Shown here: positions 31,348 through 41,825 of the stretch, one piece after another | Position numbering within the stretch: the first letter of the stretch is position 1 | Layout: every line of letters starts with the position of its first letter | DNA from: Candidatus Latescibacterota bacterium | GTDB lineage: Bacteria; Latescibacterota; UBA2968; GCA-2709665 | DNA: 64,000 bases | NCBI GenBank assembly: GCA_965226795.1 | Contig: CBDDDZ010000005.1 | Location: 896,001-960,000, forward strand | Direction: 5' to 3' | The notes under the pieces: model-generated | Told to the model about the DNA's origin: nothing | The model's database searches: none | What the model saw: only the letters and a program-made list of their open reading frames with translations | Translations under genes and position numbers: made by a program

Positions 31348-32007
31348 TTGGGCCAGAAAACACATCCAATCGGATTCCGACTGGGCATTGTAAAAGACTG
31401 GCGTTCTCGCTGGTTTGCCGGCAAGGATTTTGCCGAACTGCTCAAAGAAGATTTGATGCTGCGGCGTTACATAAAGAGCAGACTTCATCGGGCAAGCGTG
31501 TCTCAAATTGAGATAGAACGCGCGCCGAAACGTGTCACCATTTCGGTACACACCGCTCGTCCCGGAATTGTGATCGGTCGTAAAGGGCAAGAGGTGGACA
31601 AGCTCAGAGACGAACTGAAACACATCACCGGCAAAGAGATTTATATAAATATCCAGGAAATCAAGCGTCCGGAATTGAATGCACAGTTGGTCGCCGACAA
31701 TATCGCACGTCAGTTGGAGCAGCGTGTCTCTTTCCGACGAGCCATGAAAAAGGCCATTGCGTCGGCTATGCGCATGGGTGCCGACGGCATTAAGATTGTA
31801 TGTGGCGGACGCCTCGGCGGCGCGGAAATGGCACGAATCGAAAAGTCGGAACCCGCCGGTAGGGTTCCGTTGCATACGCTTCGGGCCGACATCGACTACG
31901 CAACCTCCACAGCCTTTACAAACTCCGGCACGGTGGGGGTCAAGGTGTGGGTGTGTCACGGCGAGGTCGTCGTGGAACGGCGCATTCCGGGAGTGCTGTC
32001 GCAGTAA
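31348..32007 (+). CDS. rpsC: 30S ribosomal protein S3
   Basis: [27 protein letters not shown]. Confidence 0.98.
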   Translation: MGQKTHPIGFRLGIVKDWRSRWFAGKDFAELLKEDLMLRRYIKSRLHRASVSQIEIERAPKRVTISVHTARPGIVIGRKGQEVDKLRDELKHITGKEIYINIQEIKRPELNAQLVADNIARQLEQRVSFRRAMKKAIASAMRMGADGIKIVCGGRLGGAEMARIEKSEPAGRVPLHTLRADIDYATSTAFTNSGTVGVKVWVCHGEVVVERRIPGVLSQ

Positions 32008-32038
32008 TCGGAACCGGGTTTCGTAAGGATCTAACTCC

Positions 32039-32458
32039 ATGTTAATGCCGAAAAGGGTCAAGTGGCGAAAACAGCAGCGTGGACGCATGCGCGGCATGGC
32101 GTACCGGGGAAGCAAGATCGCTTTTGGGGAATTCGCACTCCAGGCGCTGGAGCCCGCATGGATCACCAGCCGGCAAATCGAGGCGGCGCGGGTGGCCATA
32201 ACACGCGCACTTGGGCGAGGCGGCAAAGTGTGGATCCGTCTGTTCCCCGACAAACCGGTCACCATCAAACCCGCGGAGACCCGGATGGGCAAGGGCAAAG
32301 GGAATCCGGAATACTGGGTGGCTGTCGTCAAACCGGGCCGCATTATGTTCGAAATCGATGGGGTCGAGCGTGAGAGCGCCCGGGAGGCCATGCGAAAGGC
32401 CGGCCACAAAATGCCCATCAAAACCCGGTTTATCGAACGTGGAGACAGTGAGGAATGA
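32039..32458 (+). CDS. rplP: 50S ribosomal protein L16
   Basis: RQIEAAR, RMGKGKG. Confidence 0.98.
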   Translation: MLMPKRVKWRKQQRGRMRGMAYRGSKIAFGEFALQALEPAWITSRQIEAARVAITRALGRGGKVWIRLFPDKPVTIKPAETRMGKGKGNPEYWVAVVKPGRIMFEIDGVERESAREAMRKAGHKMPIKTRFIERGDSEE

Positions 32459-32700
32459 AAGCCAGCGAGATTCGTAAGATGACAACGGGCGAGGTGGATG
32501 AGTTGCTCGTCGACAGGCTCGAGGAGTTGTCCAATTTGAGAATTCAGCATGTCGCGCAACAACTCGACAATCCGCTTCGTGTGCAGTCGGTCCGACGGGA
32601 CATCGCCCGAATCAAGACGGTACTGAGCGAGCATGCACGGGATCTGAGCGCCTCAACCAGCGCCCCCGGTGGTGAATCCAATGAACCGGAAGGAAATTAG
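32455..32700 (+). CDS. rpmC: 50S ribosomal protein L29
   Basis: [17 protein letters not shown]. Confidence 0.95.
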   Translation: MKASEIRKMTTGEVDELLVDRLEELSNLRIQHVAQQLDNPLRVQSVRRDIARIKTVLSEHARDLSASTSAPGGESNEPEGN

Positions 32701-32703
32701 ACT

Positions 32704-32970
32704 ATGTCACAAACCGACGCCCGCGGCCGTCGTAAGACCCTTGTGGGGCGGGTGCTGAGCAATCAGGCCAATAAGACGATTGTCGTGGAAGTCACCTGGC
32801 GAACGCCTCATCCGCTTTATGGCAAGGTTATACGGCGTCGTTCCAAGTTTTCGGCACACGACGAAAACAACTCGGCAAATACCGGGGACACCGTACTGAT
32901 TATGGAAACGCGCCCAATCAGCAAGACGAAGAATTGGCGTCTCACCGAGATTCTGGAAAAGGTTCAATAG
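32704..32970 (+). CDS. rpsQ: 30S ribosomal protein S17
   Basis: [21 protein letters not shown]. Confidence 0.97.
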   Translation: MSQTDARGRRKTLVGRVLSNQANKTIVVEVTWRTPHPLYGKVIRRRSKFSAHDENNSANTGDTVLIMETRPISKTKNWRLTEILEKVQ

Positions 32971-32983
32971 GGAGTACTGCAGA

Positions 32984-33352
32984 ATGGTTACGGAGCAGAC
33001 GGTTTTGAACTGCGCTGACAATAGCGGCGCCCGAAAGGTAATGTGTTTCCGGGTGCTGGGCGGATCGCGGAGAAGATATGCCGGTCTGGGCGATACAATC
33101 GTGGTCGCTGTAAAAGACGCCCAGCCCAACAGTGCGGTGAAAAAAGGAGAAGTCGCGCGGGCGGTCATTGTTCGGACCAAGAAGGAAGCTCGACGCTCCG
33201 ACGGTTCCTACATTCGTTTCGACGACAATGCGGCGGTGCTGATAGACGCCGAGGGAGAACCGAGGGCAACGCGCATTTTCGGACCGGTTGCAAGGGAACT
33301 GCGCGACAGGCGGTTCATGCGGATTGTGTCTCTCGCGGCTGAAGTGGTTTGA
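32984..33352 (+). CDS. rplN: 50S ribosomal protein L14
   Basis: [26 protein letters not shown]. Confidence 0.98.
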   Translation: MVTEQTVLNCADNSGARKVMCFRVLGGSRRRYAGLGDTIVVAVKDAQPNSAVKKGEVARAVIVRTKKEARRSDGSYIRFDDNAAVLIDAEGEPRATRIFGPVARELRDRRFMRIVSLAAEVV

Positions 33353-33379
33353 CTTTTCGACAGTGAGGGGAGTCGATCG

Positions 33380-33709
33380 GTGAAAGTGCATATTCGCAAG
33401 GGAGATCAGGTCGAGGTTATCGGAGGCGTGGATGCGCGGAGGAGGGGACGCGTCCTGAAGGTATTCCCTAAAAAGGCGCGGGCGCTGGTGGAGGGCATAA
33501 ACTTCATTAAACGCCATACCCGGCCCGGACCAAAAAACCAGCAGGGCGGTATTATCGAAAAAGAGGCACCCGTACATATTTCCAAGCTTATGTTGATCGA
33601 TCCGCAGTCCGACGAGCCCACGCGGATACGCCGGACAAGACTGGAGAACGGCGTTCGCATTCGGCTTGCGGTCAAGAGTGGCGAACAGATTGCCGAAGCG
33701 AGCCGATAG
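33380..33709 (+). CDS. rplX: 50S ribosomal protein L24
   Basis: [21 protein letters not shown]. Confidence 0.96.
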   Translation: MKVHIRKGDQVEVIGGVDARRRGRVLKVFPKKARALVEGINFIKRHTRPGPKNQQGGIIEKEAPVHISKLMLIDPQSDEPTRIRRTRLENGVRIRLAVKSGEQIAEASR

Positions 33710-33719
33710 AGAGGGTTTG

Positions 33720-34274
33720 ATGAAGGCGCGACTCCGAGAAGTTTACAACAACGAGATCGTCCCGGCGATGGTTTCACATTTTGCCTACAAGAACAGGATG
33801 CAGGCCCCCAGGCTCGAGAAGATCGTCCTTAACATGGGCCTGGGAGAAGCTGTCCAGAATCCGAAGGCGATCGACAGCGCCATCGCGGATCTGTCAACCA
33901 TAACGGGGCAGCGTCCTTCGGTACGACGGGCGAAGAAGTCGGTCTCGAATTTCAAACTGCGTGAGGGCATGCCAGTCGGGTGCGCGGTTACACTCCGCCG
34001 TGATCGGATGTACGAGTTCCTCGACCGTTTTTTCACGTTTGCCATGCCCCGTACACGCGACTTCCGGGGCTTGTCTCCCAATGCCTTCGACGGCCGGGGG
34101 AATTATACGGTAGGCGTTCGGGAACAGATCATTTTTCCAGAGATCAACTACGATCAGATCGATCAGATTCGGGGGCTGGACCTGACAATCGTTACCACGG
34201 CCCGGACCGACGAAGAGGCATTTGAATTGCTCAGGCGCTTTGGCATGCCGTTCCAGACTGCCGAAGCGGCCTGA
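33720..34274 (+). CDS. rplE: 50S ribosomal protein L5
   Basis: [21 protein letters not shown]; start ATG 33720. Confidence 0.97.
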   Translation: MKARLREVYNNEIVPAMVSHFAYKNRMQAPRLEKIVLNMGLGEAVQNPKAIDSAIADLSTITGQRPSVRRAKKSVSNFKLREGMPVGCAVTLRRDRMYEFLDRFFTFAMPRTRDFRGLSPNAFDGRGNYTVGVREQIIFPEINYDQIDQIRGLDLTIVTTARTDEEAFELLRRFGMPFQTAEAA

Positions 34275-34296
34275 TTGCAAGAAAGCGAGCGTTGTT

Positions 34297-34482
34297 GTGG
34301 CAAAAAAGACGTTGATTGTCAAGGCAAACAGAAAACCGAAGTTTGCCGTTCGCCGGTATAATCGTTGCCATCGTTGCGGGCGACCCAGAGGCTACATGAG
34401 GCAGTTCGGAATCTGTCGAATCTGCTTCAGACAACTGGCATTGATGGGTGAGATTCCCGGGGTTGCGAAGGCGAGTTGGTAG
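34297..34482 (+). CDS. rpsN: 30S ribosomal protein S14 (type Z, zinc-binding)
   Basis: 61 aa, RCHRCGRPR...CRICFR, ends KASW; GTG start. Confidence 0.96.
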   Translation: MAKKTLIVKANRKPKFAVRRYNRCHRCGRPRGYMRQFGICRICFRQLALMGEIPGVAKASW

Positions 34483-34513
34483 CAGTTGTGACAGACAGGA
34501 GGTGGTTGGCCCT

Positions 34514-34912
34514 ATGAGTATGAGCGATCCGATTGCGGATATGCTGACCCGTATTAGGAATGCAGCCGGTGCAGGGCACCGGAAAGTAGACATTCCGGGC
34601 TCGAGGCTAAAGACTGAAATTGCCCGGATTATGAAAACAAAAGGGTTCATCCACAACTACGCCTGCGTGGAGGACAACCGGCAGGGTTACATCCGGCTGT
34701 ATCTCAAGTACAGTTCGGACGACGAGAGCGCCGTACAGGGGTTGGAACGCATCAGCCGACCTGGGGTCCGTCGTTACGTCGGTGTCGGTGAGATCCCCAG
34801 GGTGCTAAGTGGTCTCGGCGTGGCCGTACTTTCCACGTCGCGGGGTATACTTACCGATAGCGAGGCTCGCATGGCCGGGGTTGGCGGCGAGGTTCTCTGC
34901 CACCTCTGGTAA
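34514..34912 (+). CDS. rpsH: 30S ribosomal protein S8
   Basis: DPIADMLTRIRNA, STSRG, GGEVLC. Confidence 0.97.
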   Translation: MSMSDPIADMLTRIRNAAGAGHRKVDIPGSRLKTEIARIMKTKGFIHNYACVEDNRQGYIRLYLKYSSDDESAVQGLERISRPGVRRYVGVGEIPRVLSGLGVAVLSTSRGILTDSEARMAGVGGEVLCHLW

Positions 34913-34928
34913 ATGGGGAGGAGTTCAG

Positions 34929-35495
34929 GTGTCACGCATTGGAAAACAGCCGATTTCCGTTCCGGATGGCGTTCAGATACAGGTTCAGTCTGGCGGCGTG
35001 CTGGTGAAAGGGAGCAAGGGCGAATTGACGGTACGGGTTCATCCGTTAACACAGGTCCTGCAGGAGGACGGGATGCTCCGTGTCACGGTTGAGGATATAG
35101 AAGACCGGGAGTCAAGCGCGGTGTGGGGCCTGACCCGGGCGTTGTTGGCCAATGCGGTTGAAGGCGTGGGCAATGGATTTGAAAAGCGGCTGGTCGTCGT
35201 GGGTGTGGGGTATCGTGCTGAAATGAAGGGCAGGAATCTCGATCTACAGGTCGGTTTCAGCCATCCCGTGATTTTGGAGCCTCTTGAGGGCGTCGAAATG
35301 AGTGTTGAAGCGGCCCCCGCCGCAATTGAAATGGCCCAGGCGTCCATTGTCGTTCGGGGTGCCGATAAAGAACGAGTGGGGCGGATGGCCTCCGATATTC
35401 GAAAAGTCCGTCCTCCCGAGCCTTACAAGGGTAAGGGAATACGGTACGATAATGAATACGTCCGTCGCAAGGCTGGCAAGGGCGCTGCAACGTAA
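34929..35495 (+). CDS. rplF: 50S ribosomal protein L6
   Basis: SRIGKQP, GVGYRA, RPPEPYKGKGIRY; GTG start after GGAGG. Confidence 0.97.
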   Translation: MSRIGKQPISVPDGVQIQVQSGGVLVKGSKGELTVRVHPLTQVLQEDGMLRVTVEDIEDRESSAVWGLTRALLANAVEGVGNGFEKRLVVVGVGYRAEMKGRNLDLQVGFSHPVILEPLEGVEMSVEAAPAAIEMAQASIVVRGADKERVGRMASDIRKVRPPEPYKGKGIRYDNEYVRRKAGKGAAT

Positions 35496-35522
35496 ATTTC
35501 AGGAAGCACGGAGCGGATTTTC

Positions 35523-35891
35523 ATGGCAAACCCACAGATCCAGAAGGCGAACCTGCGCCGCCGCCGCCGATTGCGAATTCGAAAAAAGATCCGCGGTACG
35601 CCCGGGCGGCCCCGATTGGCGGTAAGCAGAAGCCTGAACCACATTGAGGTGCAGCTGATCGACGACACAACGGGGCGGTCCTTGCTCGGTCTTTCCAGCA
35701 ATTCCCGGGAGATCCGCGACACGCTCTCGGGCAACAAGAGCCAAAAGGGCCGCGAGGTGGGGCGGGCCGTCGCAGTTAAGGCACTGGAAGTCGGCATCAA
35801 AACGGTTGTTTTCGATCGGGGCGGCCACCTGTATCATGGACGGATTAAAGCATTGGCCGACGGCGCGCGCGAAGGCGGATTGTTGTTTTAG
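35523..35891 (+). CDS. rplR: 50S ribosomal protein L18
   Basis: [20 protein letters not shown]. Confidence 0.97.
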   Translation: MANPQIQKANLRRRRRLRIRKKIRGTPGRPRLAVSRSLNHIEVQLIDDTTGRSLLGLSSNSREIRDTLSGNKSQKGREVGRAVAVKALEVGIKTVVFDRGGHLYHGRIKALADGAREGGLLF

Positions 35892-35922
35892 GGGTTGTTT
35901 CCAGATTCAAAGGAGTGCCCAT

Positions 35923-36438
35923 TTGAAACGAATAGATCCTTCGGGATTGGACCTGACCGAAATCGTCATCAATAACAGCCTCAAGCGTGTATCCCACGTG
36001 CGAAAGGGCGGCCGTCGCTTTGCATTCAACGTGATGGTTGTTGTCGGCGACCGTCAGGGTCACGTAGGAGCCGGATTGGGCAAGGCGGGAGAGGTGGCCG
36101 AAGCAATCCGCAAAGCCACCGAAAACGCAAGAAAGGAAGTGGTACGTATACCGGTTATCAACGGAACGCTGCCACATGAGATCATCGGAGTCTTTGGCGC
36201 TTCCCGGGTGCTGCTGAAGCCTGCTGCGCCAGGAACTGGCGTGATCGCCGGGGGCGGTATTCGAGCGGTTCTGGAATTGGCAGGCGTGCAGAACGTGCTG
36301 ACCAAATCACTGGGGTCCCAGAATACCCACAATACCGTGAAGGCCACGCTTCAGGGCCTGTCCGGCCTCCGGGACGCGCGGGCGTTTGCACGGTTACGGA
36401 ATGTCGATGAAGCGGAATTGAGCGGTGCTCGGGAGTGA
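35923..36438 (+). CDS. rpsE: 30S ribosomal protein S5
   Basis: [26 protein letters not shown] start after AAGGAG. Confidence 0.96.
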   Translation: MKRIDPSGLDLTEIVINNSLKRVSHVRKGGRRFAFNVMVVVGDRQGHVGAGLGKAGEVAEAIRKATENARKEVVRIPVINGTLPHEIIGVFGASRVLLKPAAPGTGVIAGGGIRAVLELAGVQNVLTKSLGSQNTHNTVKATLQGLSGLRDARAFARLRNVDEAELSGARE

Positions 36439-36444
36439 TGCGGC

Positions 36445-36642
36445 ATGGCACACGACGGAAGAAAGCTTAAAATCACCCAGGTTCGCAGTTTGATTTCTCG
36501 CAATGAAAAGCAGCGGCGTACACTCACTGCGCTCGGAATTCGCCGGATTCACCACAGTGTGGTTCATGACGATACGGCGCAGATTCGCGGTATGGTCAAC
36601 ACGGTTGCACACCTTGTGAAGGTGAAACACACAGACGGCTGA
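36445..36642 (+). CDS. rpmD: 50S ribosomal protein L30
   Basis: LKITQVRS, IRGMV..VAHLV. Confidence 0.95.
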   Translation: MAHDGRKLKITQVRSLISRNEKQRRTLTALGIRRIHHSVVHDDTAQIRGMVNTVAHLVKVKHTDG

Positions 36643-36717
36643 TTCCGGGTAACGACGTCTGCACGGCCAGTCTGGAAGAATCGGGATTGTTTACTCGTAC
36701 GTATAAGGGTCAGCAAG

Positions 36718-37179
36718 ATGAAACCAGGGAAACTCAAGCCCCCGGCAGGTGCTGTCAAGAGCCGGAAACGACTGGGCTGCGGCGTTGGTTCCGGCTGCGG
36801 GAAAACCAGCGGCAAGGGGCACAAGGGTCAGAAGTCGCGTTCGGGCGCGAAGAAAAGGCCGTGGTTTGAAGGCGGGCAGATGCCGTTGCAACGCAGGCTG
36901 CCCAAAGTAGGATTCAACAACCCCCTGAAGGTGGTCTATCAGGTCGTTAATCTGGACGATATCGTCAAACGGGGATTGTCCGGTCAGGTGACTCCCGAAC
37001 ATCTGAAACAGTCGGGTCTGATACGGTCGATTCGGCGGCCTGTGAAGATTCTGGGGCGGGGTGAGGTTTCCGATGTCATACAGGTTCAGGCGCACGCAGT
37101 ATCCAGTTCGGCTTCCGGGAAAATCGAAGCGGCCGGAGGAAGTGTCAGCCTGATGGACTCCGGTTCCCAGGCGGGTTAA
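36718..37179 (+). CDS. rplO: 50S ribosomal protein L15
   Basis: GKTSGKGHKGQKSRSG, FEGGQMPL.RRLPK. Confidence 0.97.
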   Translation: MKPGKLKPPAGAVKSRKRLGCGVGSGCGKTSGKGHKGQKSRSGAKKRPWFEGGQMPLQRRLPKVGFNNPLKVVYQVVNLDDIVKRGLSGQVTPEHLKQSGLIRSIRRPVKILGRGEVSDVIQVQAHAVSSSASGKIEAAGGSVSLMDSGSQAG

Positions 37180-37194
37180 TTTGGAGAGGAGGCG

Positions 37195-38535
37195 GTGGTG
37201 CTCCAGAGTTTCCAGAGTGCCTTTCGAATCCCCGAGTTACGCAATCGCATCCTGTTTACGCTGGGTATTCTGATCGTCTTCCGGGTTGGCACGTACGTGA
37301 CCATTCCCGGCATCGATCCGAGGGCCCTGGACGAATACTTCAGCACCGCCGCTACGGGCGTCCTGGGATTTTATGACATGTTTGCCGGTGGCGCATTCGG
37401 CCGTGCAACCGTATTCGCACTGGGTATTATGCCGTATATCAGCGCCTCAATCATCCTTCAGTTGATGGGCGCTGTCATTCCCTTTTTGCAAAAACTCCAG
37501 AAGGAAGGCGAAGAGGGGCGCAAGAAGATCACCCAATATACCCGCTACGGAACCGTTGCGCTGGCTGCCGCTCAGTCCTTTGGCGTCAGTCTGTTTATGG
37601 AAAGCCTCCGGTCGCCCATCACGGGAATGCTGGTTGTGCCGGATCCGGGTTTGGGCTTTCGATTGCTGACGATTCTGACCATAACCTCCGGAACCGTGTT
37701 TGTGATGTGGTTGGGGGAACAGATCGACGACCGAGGTATCGGTAACGGCATGTCGATGTTGATTTTCGTTGGGATAATTGCTCGTGCGCCCGCGGCCGTC
37801 ATTCAGGAATATCAGGATTTCTTGGCCAACAACAAGCCCATTCTGCTGGAGTTGTTCGTGGTCGTCATCATTGTCGCGGTTACCGCGCTGGTGGTGCTCA
37901 TTACGCAGGGCACTCGAAAAATCCCGGTACAATATGCCAAGCGTGTCGTGGGCAGGCGGGTTTATGGCGGCCAGAGTACACATATTCCATTGAAGGTGAA
38001 TACCTCCGGGGTGATGCCGATAATTTTCGCGCAGGCCATCATGTTTTTGCCGTCCACTCTGGCCAATTTTTTTCCGATGAACGAGTGGGTGCAGGATATG
38101 GCGTCCCGGTTTTCGCCCGCCACCACATTACACGCGATGCCGTATTGGATTTTTTATTCAGCGATGATCATCTTTTTCGCGTATTTTTACACGGCAATCG
38201 TATTCAATCCTGTAGACCTGGCCGACAATATGAAGCGGCAGGGCGGGTTCATTCCCGGAATCCGGCCCGGAAAACGCACTTCCGATTTTATCGATCGGAT
38301 TCTGACCCGAATTACGCTTCCGGGAGCGATTTTTCTGGCGGCAATCGCGGTCTTCCCGTTTTTCATTATCAGTTGGGCCGATGTGAATCCCGGTCTGATC
38401 GACTTCTTCGGGGGTACCGGGCTACTGATTATCGTAGGCGTGGCGCTGGACACGTTGCAGCGGGTGGAGTCACATCTCCTGATGCGGCACTACGATGGCT
38501 TTATGAAAAAGGGACGGCTGAGGGGCCGAAGATGA
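37195..38535 (+). CDS. secY: Preprotein translocase subunit SecY
   Basis: [32 protein letters not shown]. Confidence 0.98.
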   Translation: MVLQSFQSAFRIPELRNRILFTLGILIVFRVGTYVTIPGIDPRALDEYFSTAATGVLGFYDMFAGGAFGRATVFALGIMPYISASIILQLMGAVIPFLQKLQKEGEEGRKKITQYTRYGTVALAAAQSFGVSLFMESLRSPITGMLVVPDPGLGFRLLTILTITSGTVFVMWLGEQIDDRGIGNGMSMLIFVGIIARAPAAVIQEYQDFLANNKPILLELFVVVIIVAVTALVVLITQGTRKIPVQYAKRVVGRRVYGGQSTHIPLKVNTSGVMPIIFAQAIMFLPSTLANFFPMNEWVQDMASRFSPATTLHAMPYWIFYSAMIIFFAYFYTAIVFNPVDLADNMKRQGGFIPGIRPGKRTSDFIDRILTRITLPGAIFLAAIAVFPFFIISWADVNPGLIDFFGGTGLLIIVGVALDTLQRVESHLLMRHYDGFMKKGRLRGRR

Positions 38536-38551
38536 CCGAAAGGATAGAAGG

Positions 38552-38668
38552 ATGAAGGTTCGTGCGTCTGTCAAGAAACGCTGCAATCACTGCAAGATTA
38601 TTCGTAGAAAAGGTGTGGTTCGGGTGATTTGTAAACACGATCCAAGTCATAAACAGAGACAGGGATAG
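38552..38668 (+). CDS. rpmJ: 50S ribosomal protein L36 (not in the ORF track)
   Basis: Hand translation [38 protein letters not shown]. Confidence 0.96.
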   Translation: MKVRASVKKRCNHCKIIRRKGVVRVICKHDPSHKQRQG

Positions 38669-38700
38669 GCCTTCGGAAACCGAACGGAGGAGGAGAAACG

Positions 38701-39081
38701 ATGGCTCGTATCGCAGGGGTCGATGTTCCGCGCGAAAAGCGGGTTGAAATCGCGCTAACCTATATTTACGGTATTGGCAGAAGCGCCTCAAAACGGATCC
38801 TGGAGAAGACGCAGATTTCCCCGGACACCCGTGTTGACGCGTTGAGCGAGGAAGACGTCACCAAACTCCGGAGCGTGATCGAGGGGGAATACCGGGTGGA
38901 GGGCAACCTGAGGAGCGAGGTGGCCATGAATATCAAGCGGCTGATGGACATCGGTTGCTATCGCGGGCTTCGGTGGCGGAGGGGGCTCCCGGTGCGCGGT
39001 CAGCGGACCCGGACCAACGCCCGGACACGGAAGGGGCCTAAAAAACGTCAGATTGCCAAAAGGAAGAAAGCGCAAATTTAA
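38701..39081 (+). CDS. rpsM: 30S ribosomal protein S13
   Basis: [24 protein letters not shown]. Confidence 0.98.
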   Translation: MARIAGVDVPREKRVEIALTYIYGIGRSASKRILEKTQISPDTRVDALSEEDVTKLRSVIEGEYRVEGNLRSEVAMNIKRLMDIGCYRGLRWRRGLPVRGQRTRTNARTRKGPKKRQIAKRKKAQI

Positions 39082-39104
39082 TCTCCACCCAAGGAGGCGA
39101 TCAC

Positions 39105-39494
39105 TTGCCGCCGGAACAAAGCAAAGGCAGACGAAGGAACAAGCGGGTCGACGGGCAGGGTGTTGCCCACATTAAAGCAACGTTCAACAATACCATTGTT
39201 ACCCTGACCGACAAAGACGGACACGTGGTTTCGTGGTCCACAACTGGCAAGGTGGGTTTTAAGGGTTCGCGGAAGAGTACGCCCTTTGCCGCCCAGATGG
39301 CTGCGGAAGCCGCGGCAAAAGAAGCGATGTCTATGGGGCTGCGACGTGTCGAGGTATGGGTCAAGGGCCCGGGTGTCGGCCGCGAGGCCGCCGTTCGTGC
39401 GCTGCAGGGCGCCGGGCTGGAAATCGCGGCCATTCGCGACGTCACTCCCATTCCTCATAACGGCTGTCGGCCGCCGAAGCGGCGTCGGGTGTAA
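39105..39494 (+). CDS. rpsK: 30S ribosomal protein S11
   Basis: [26 protein letters not shown]. Confidence 0.98.
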   Translation: MPPEQSKGRRRNKRVDGQGVAHIKATFNNTIVTLTDKDGHVVSWSTTGKVGFKGSRKSTPFAAQMAAEAAAKEAMSMGLRRVEVWVKGPGVGREAAVRALQGAGLEIAAIRDVTPIPHNGCRPPKRRRV

Positions 39495-39521
39495 CGGCAT
39501 CCGACCGAGGAGGTCTATTGC

Positions 39522-40151
39522 ATGGCAAGGTATACGGATTCGAACTGCAAATTGTGTCGCCGCGAAGGGGTAAAGTTATTCCTTAAAGGTGAACGCTGCC
39601 ACCTGGACAAATGCGCTTTCGAAAAGCGTAGCTATGCGCCGGGCATGCACGGACAGAGGCAGGGTCGCAAGCCTTCGGAATATGCCCTGCAACTCAGGGA
39701 AAAGCAAAAGGCCAAGCGCCAGTACGGTGTGCTGGAGAAGCAGTTCCGAGGCTACTATCACAAGGCCGCCAGCCGGAAGGGTGTAACGGGAGAGCTTCTC
39801 CTGCAGACGCTCGAGATCCGCCTGGACAACGTCACCCACCGGCTGGGCTTCGCGCCTTCTCACAAGTCGGCGCGTCAGTTGGTGCGCCATCGGCACATTA
39901 TGGTAAATAGTCGTATCGTAGACGTGCCTTCTTTTCAGGTCACGCCAGGCGATACAATTCAGGTACGGGAAAAGAGCCGCCAACTGGCGCTGATTCACGA
40001 CTCCATCAAGCGGATCGGCGAGGGGCGCCAGGCGCCGTGGTTGTCTCTGGACAAAGTCAATCTCATGGGCACCGTTCTTGAGTATCCCGACAGGGAAGGT
40101 ATTCCGACGCCGATCGAAGAGCATCTCATTGTGGAGTTGTATTCGAAATAA
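39522..40151 (+). CDS. rpsD: 30S ribosomal protein S4 (zinc form)
   Basis: CKLCRRE...C...[21 protein letters not shown]. Confidence 0.98.
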   Translation: MARYTDSNCKLCRREGVKLFLKGERCHLDKCAFEKRSYAPGMHGQRQGRKPSEYALQLREKQKAKRQYGVLEKQFRGYYHKAASRKGVTGELLLQTLEIRLDNVTHRLGFAPSHKSARQLVRHRHIMVNSRIVDVPSFQVTPGDTIQVREKSRQLALIHDSIKRIGEGRQAPWLSLDKVNLMGTVLEYPDREGIPTPIEEHLIVELYSK

Positions 40152-40241
40152 TCGCTACGTTTTGATGAGGAGTAGTCCCGTTTTCCAAGCAAGGCACGGG
40201 CTGCCTTATTGCCTTTCAGAGGATCTAAGGAGAATTCTTGT

Positions 40242-41258
40242 ATGAAGCCTAAAAACCTCCAGATGCCCAGGTCCGTCCAGATCGATGAGGAAAGCCTCAC
40301 CAGTTCCTACGGGATGTTTACGGTGCAACCTCTGGAACGCGGGTTTGGAACCACAATTGGCAATGCGTTGCGCCGGTTATTGCTCTCATCCATAGAAGGC
40401 GCGGCCGTAAAGGCCATTCGGGTGGAAGGGGTGCAACACGAGTTCTCCGTTGTCCAGGGCGTTGTCGAAGACATGACTGAAATCGTTCTGAACCTAAAAG
40501 AGGTAAACCTGCGGATGCATTCAGACGAAGACAAACTGATTCGCATCGACAACGTGGGGCCGGGCGCGTTGACGGCGAAGGAATTGGAGGTGGATGCGGA
40601 CATCGAAATCATGAACCCCGATCAGCACATCGCATCGCTGGATAAAGACGGTCATTTGGAAATGGAAATTACAGTAGGCAACGGGCGGGGTTATGTTCTG
40701 GCGGAAGAGAACAAAGTCGCCGACCCCGCTACGGACACGATCTTGCTCGACTCTGCGTTTTCTCCTATCCGAAAAGTGCATTACGAGGTGGGTAACGCCC
40801 GCGTGGGTCAACAGACTGACTACGACAAGCTGACATTGACAGTCTGGACCAACGGAGCCGTTCGGCCTGACGACGCCGTGTCTTGTGCGGCAAAGATACT
40901 GAAGGACCATTTGGAACTCTTTATTCACTTTGAGGAAGAGCCGGAGGAGGAGGACGAGGAAATAATCGACGAAGACACACAACGCGTGGCTACACTTCTG
41001 CAGATGCCGGTGGAAGAACTGGAACTGTCGGTCCGTTCCGCCAACTGTTTGAAGGCTGCCAATATTCTGACCCTCGAAGACCTCGTGCAGAAGACCGAGA
41101 CGGAGATGCTGAAGTTTCGGAATTTTGGCCGCAAATCGCTGAACGAGTTGACGGCCATCCTGGAAGGGGTGGACCTGCAGTTCGGCATGGATTTAGCCAA
41201 ATACAGTGGGATTGCCGCCAAGAGTGAAGAGGTGGCGGTGCTGGAAGATGAATTCTAA
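40242..41258 (+). CDS. rpoA: RNA polymerase alpha subunit
   Basis: PLERGFGTTIGNALRR, LSVRSANCL, NFGRKSL; start ATG 40242 after AAGGAG. Confidence 0.98.
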   Translation: MKPKNLQMPRSVQIDEESLTSSYGMFTVQPLERGFGTTIGNALRRLLLSSIEGAAVKAIRVEGVQHEFSVVQGVVEDMTEIVLNLKEVNLRMHSDEDKLIRIDNVGPGALTAKELEVDADIEIMNPDQHIASLDKDGHLEMEITVGNGRGYVLAEENKVADPATDTILLDSAFSPIRKVHYEVGNARVGQQTDYDKLTLTVWTNGAVRPDDAVSCAAKILKDHLELFIHFEEEPEEEDEEIIDEDTQRVATLLQMPVEELELSVRSANCLKAANILTLEDLVQKTETEMLKFRNFGRKSLNELTAILEGVDLQFGMDLAKYSGIAAKSEEVAVLEDEF

Positions 41259-41273
41259 CCGGAAAGACGGGCG

Positions 41274-41825
41274 ATGAGACACGGAAAGAGAGGGCGCAAG
41301 CTCGGACGTACAGCCAGCCACAAGAGAGCGATGTTAAACAACATGGCCGCGTCTCTGTTTACGTACGGTTCAATACGCACGACCCACTCAAAGGCCAAGG
41401 AGTTGCGCGGAATGGCCGAACGCCTGATTACGTTCGCCAAGAGGGGCGATTTACACGCCAGACGGATGGTTCTGCGGCGGATTCGAGACCAGCGTGTGGT
41501 TGCCAAACTCTTCGACGAAATCGCAACTTCGTTTTCCGAACGTAATGGTGGGTATCTGCGGTTGCTCAAACTTGGTCCCCGACGCGGCGACCGTGTTGAA
41601 ATGTGTCTTGTGGAGATGGTAGGGGAGGAAATGAGGGCCGATTTCGCCGGGCGTTCAGAATCTCTCGACGAAGCCGGTCCCGAGAATAAAGACGGGAATT
41701 CAGAAGAAGCTTCCGCTGAGGAGACCGCGGACGAATCGGGCGAACCATCTTCGGTTCCTCCCGATAAGGCCAACTCCGAGGGGGCCGGCGAATCCGAAGA
41801 GGAACAAGAGCGTACGAAAAAATGA
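41274..41825 (+). CDS. rplQ: 50S ribosomal protein L17 with acidic C-terminal tail
   Basis: MRHGKRGRKLGR, RNGGY, RRGD; about 60 aa E/S/A-rich extension. Confidence 0.97.
   Translation: MRHGKRGRKLGRTASHKRAMLNNMAASLFTYGSIRTTHSKAKELRGMAERLITFAKRGDLHARRMVLRRIRDQRVVAKLFDEIATSFSERNGGYLRLLKLGPRRGDRVEMCLVEMVGEEMRADFAGRSESLDEAGPENKDGNSEEASAEETADESGEPSSVPPDKANSEGAGESEEEQERTKK

Noticed and set aside
41630..41825. Acidic tail on L17 (and short extensions on L29 and RpoA)
   Set aside because: Low-complexity tails on L17 are common in several phyla.
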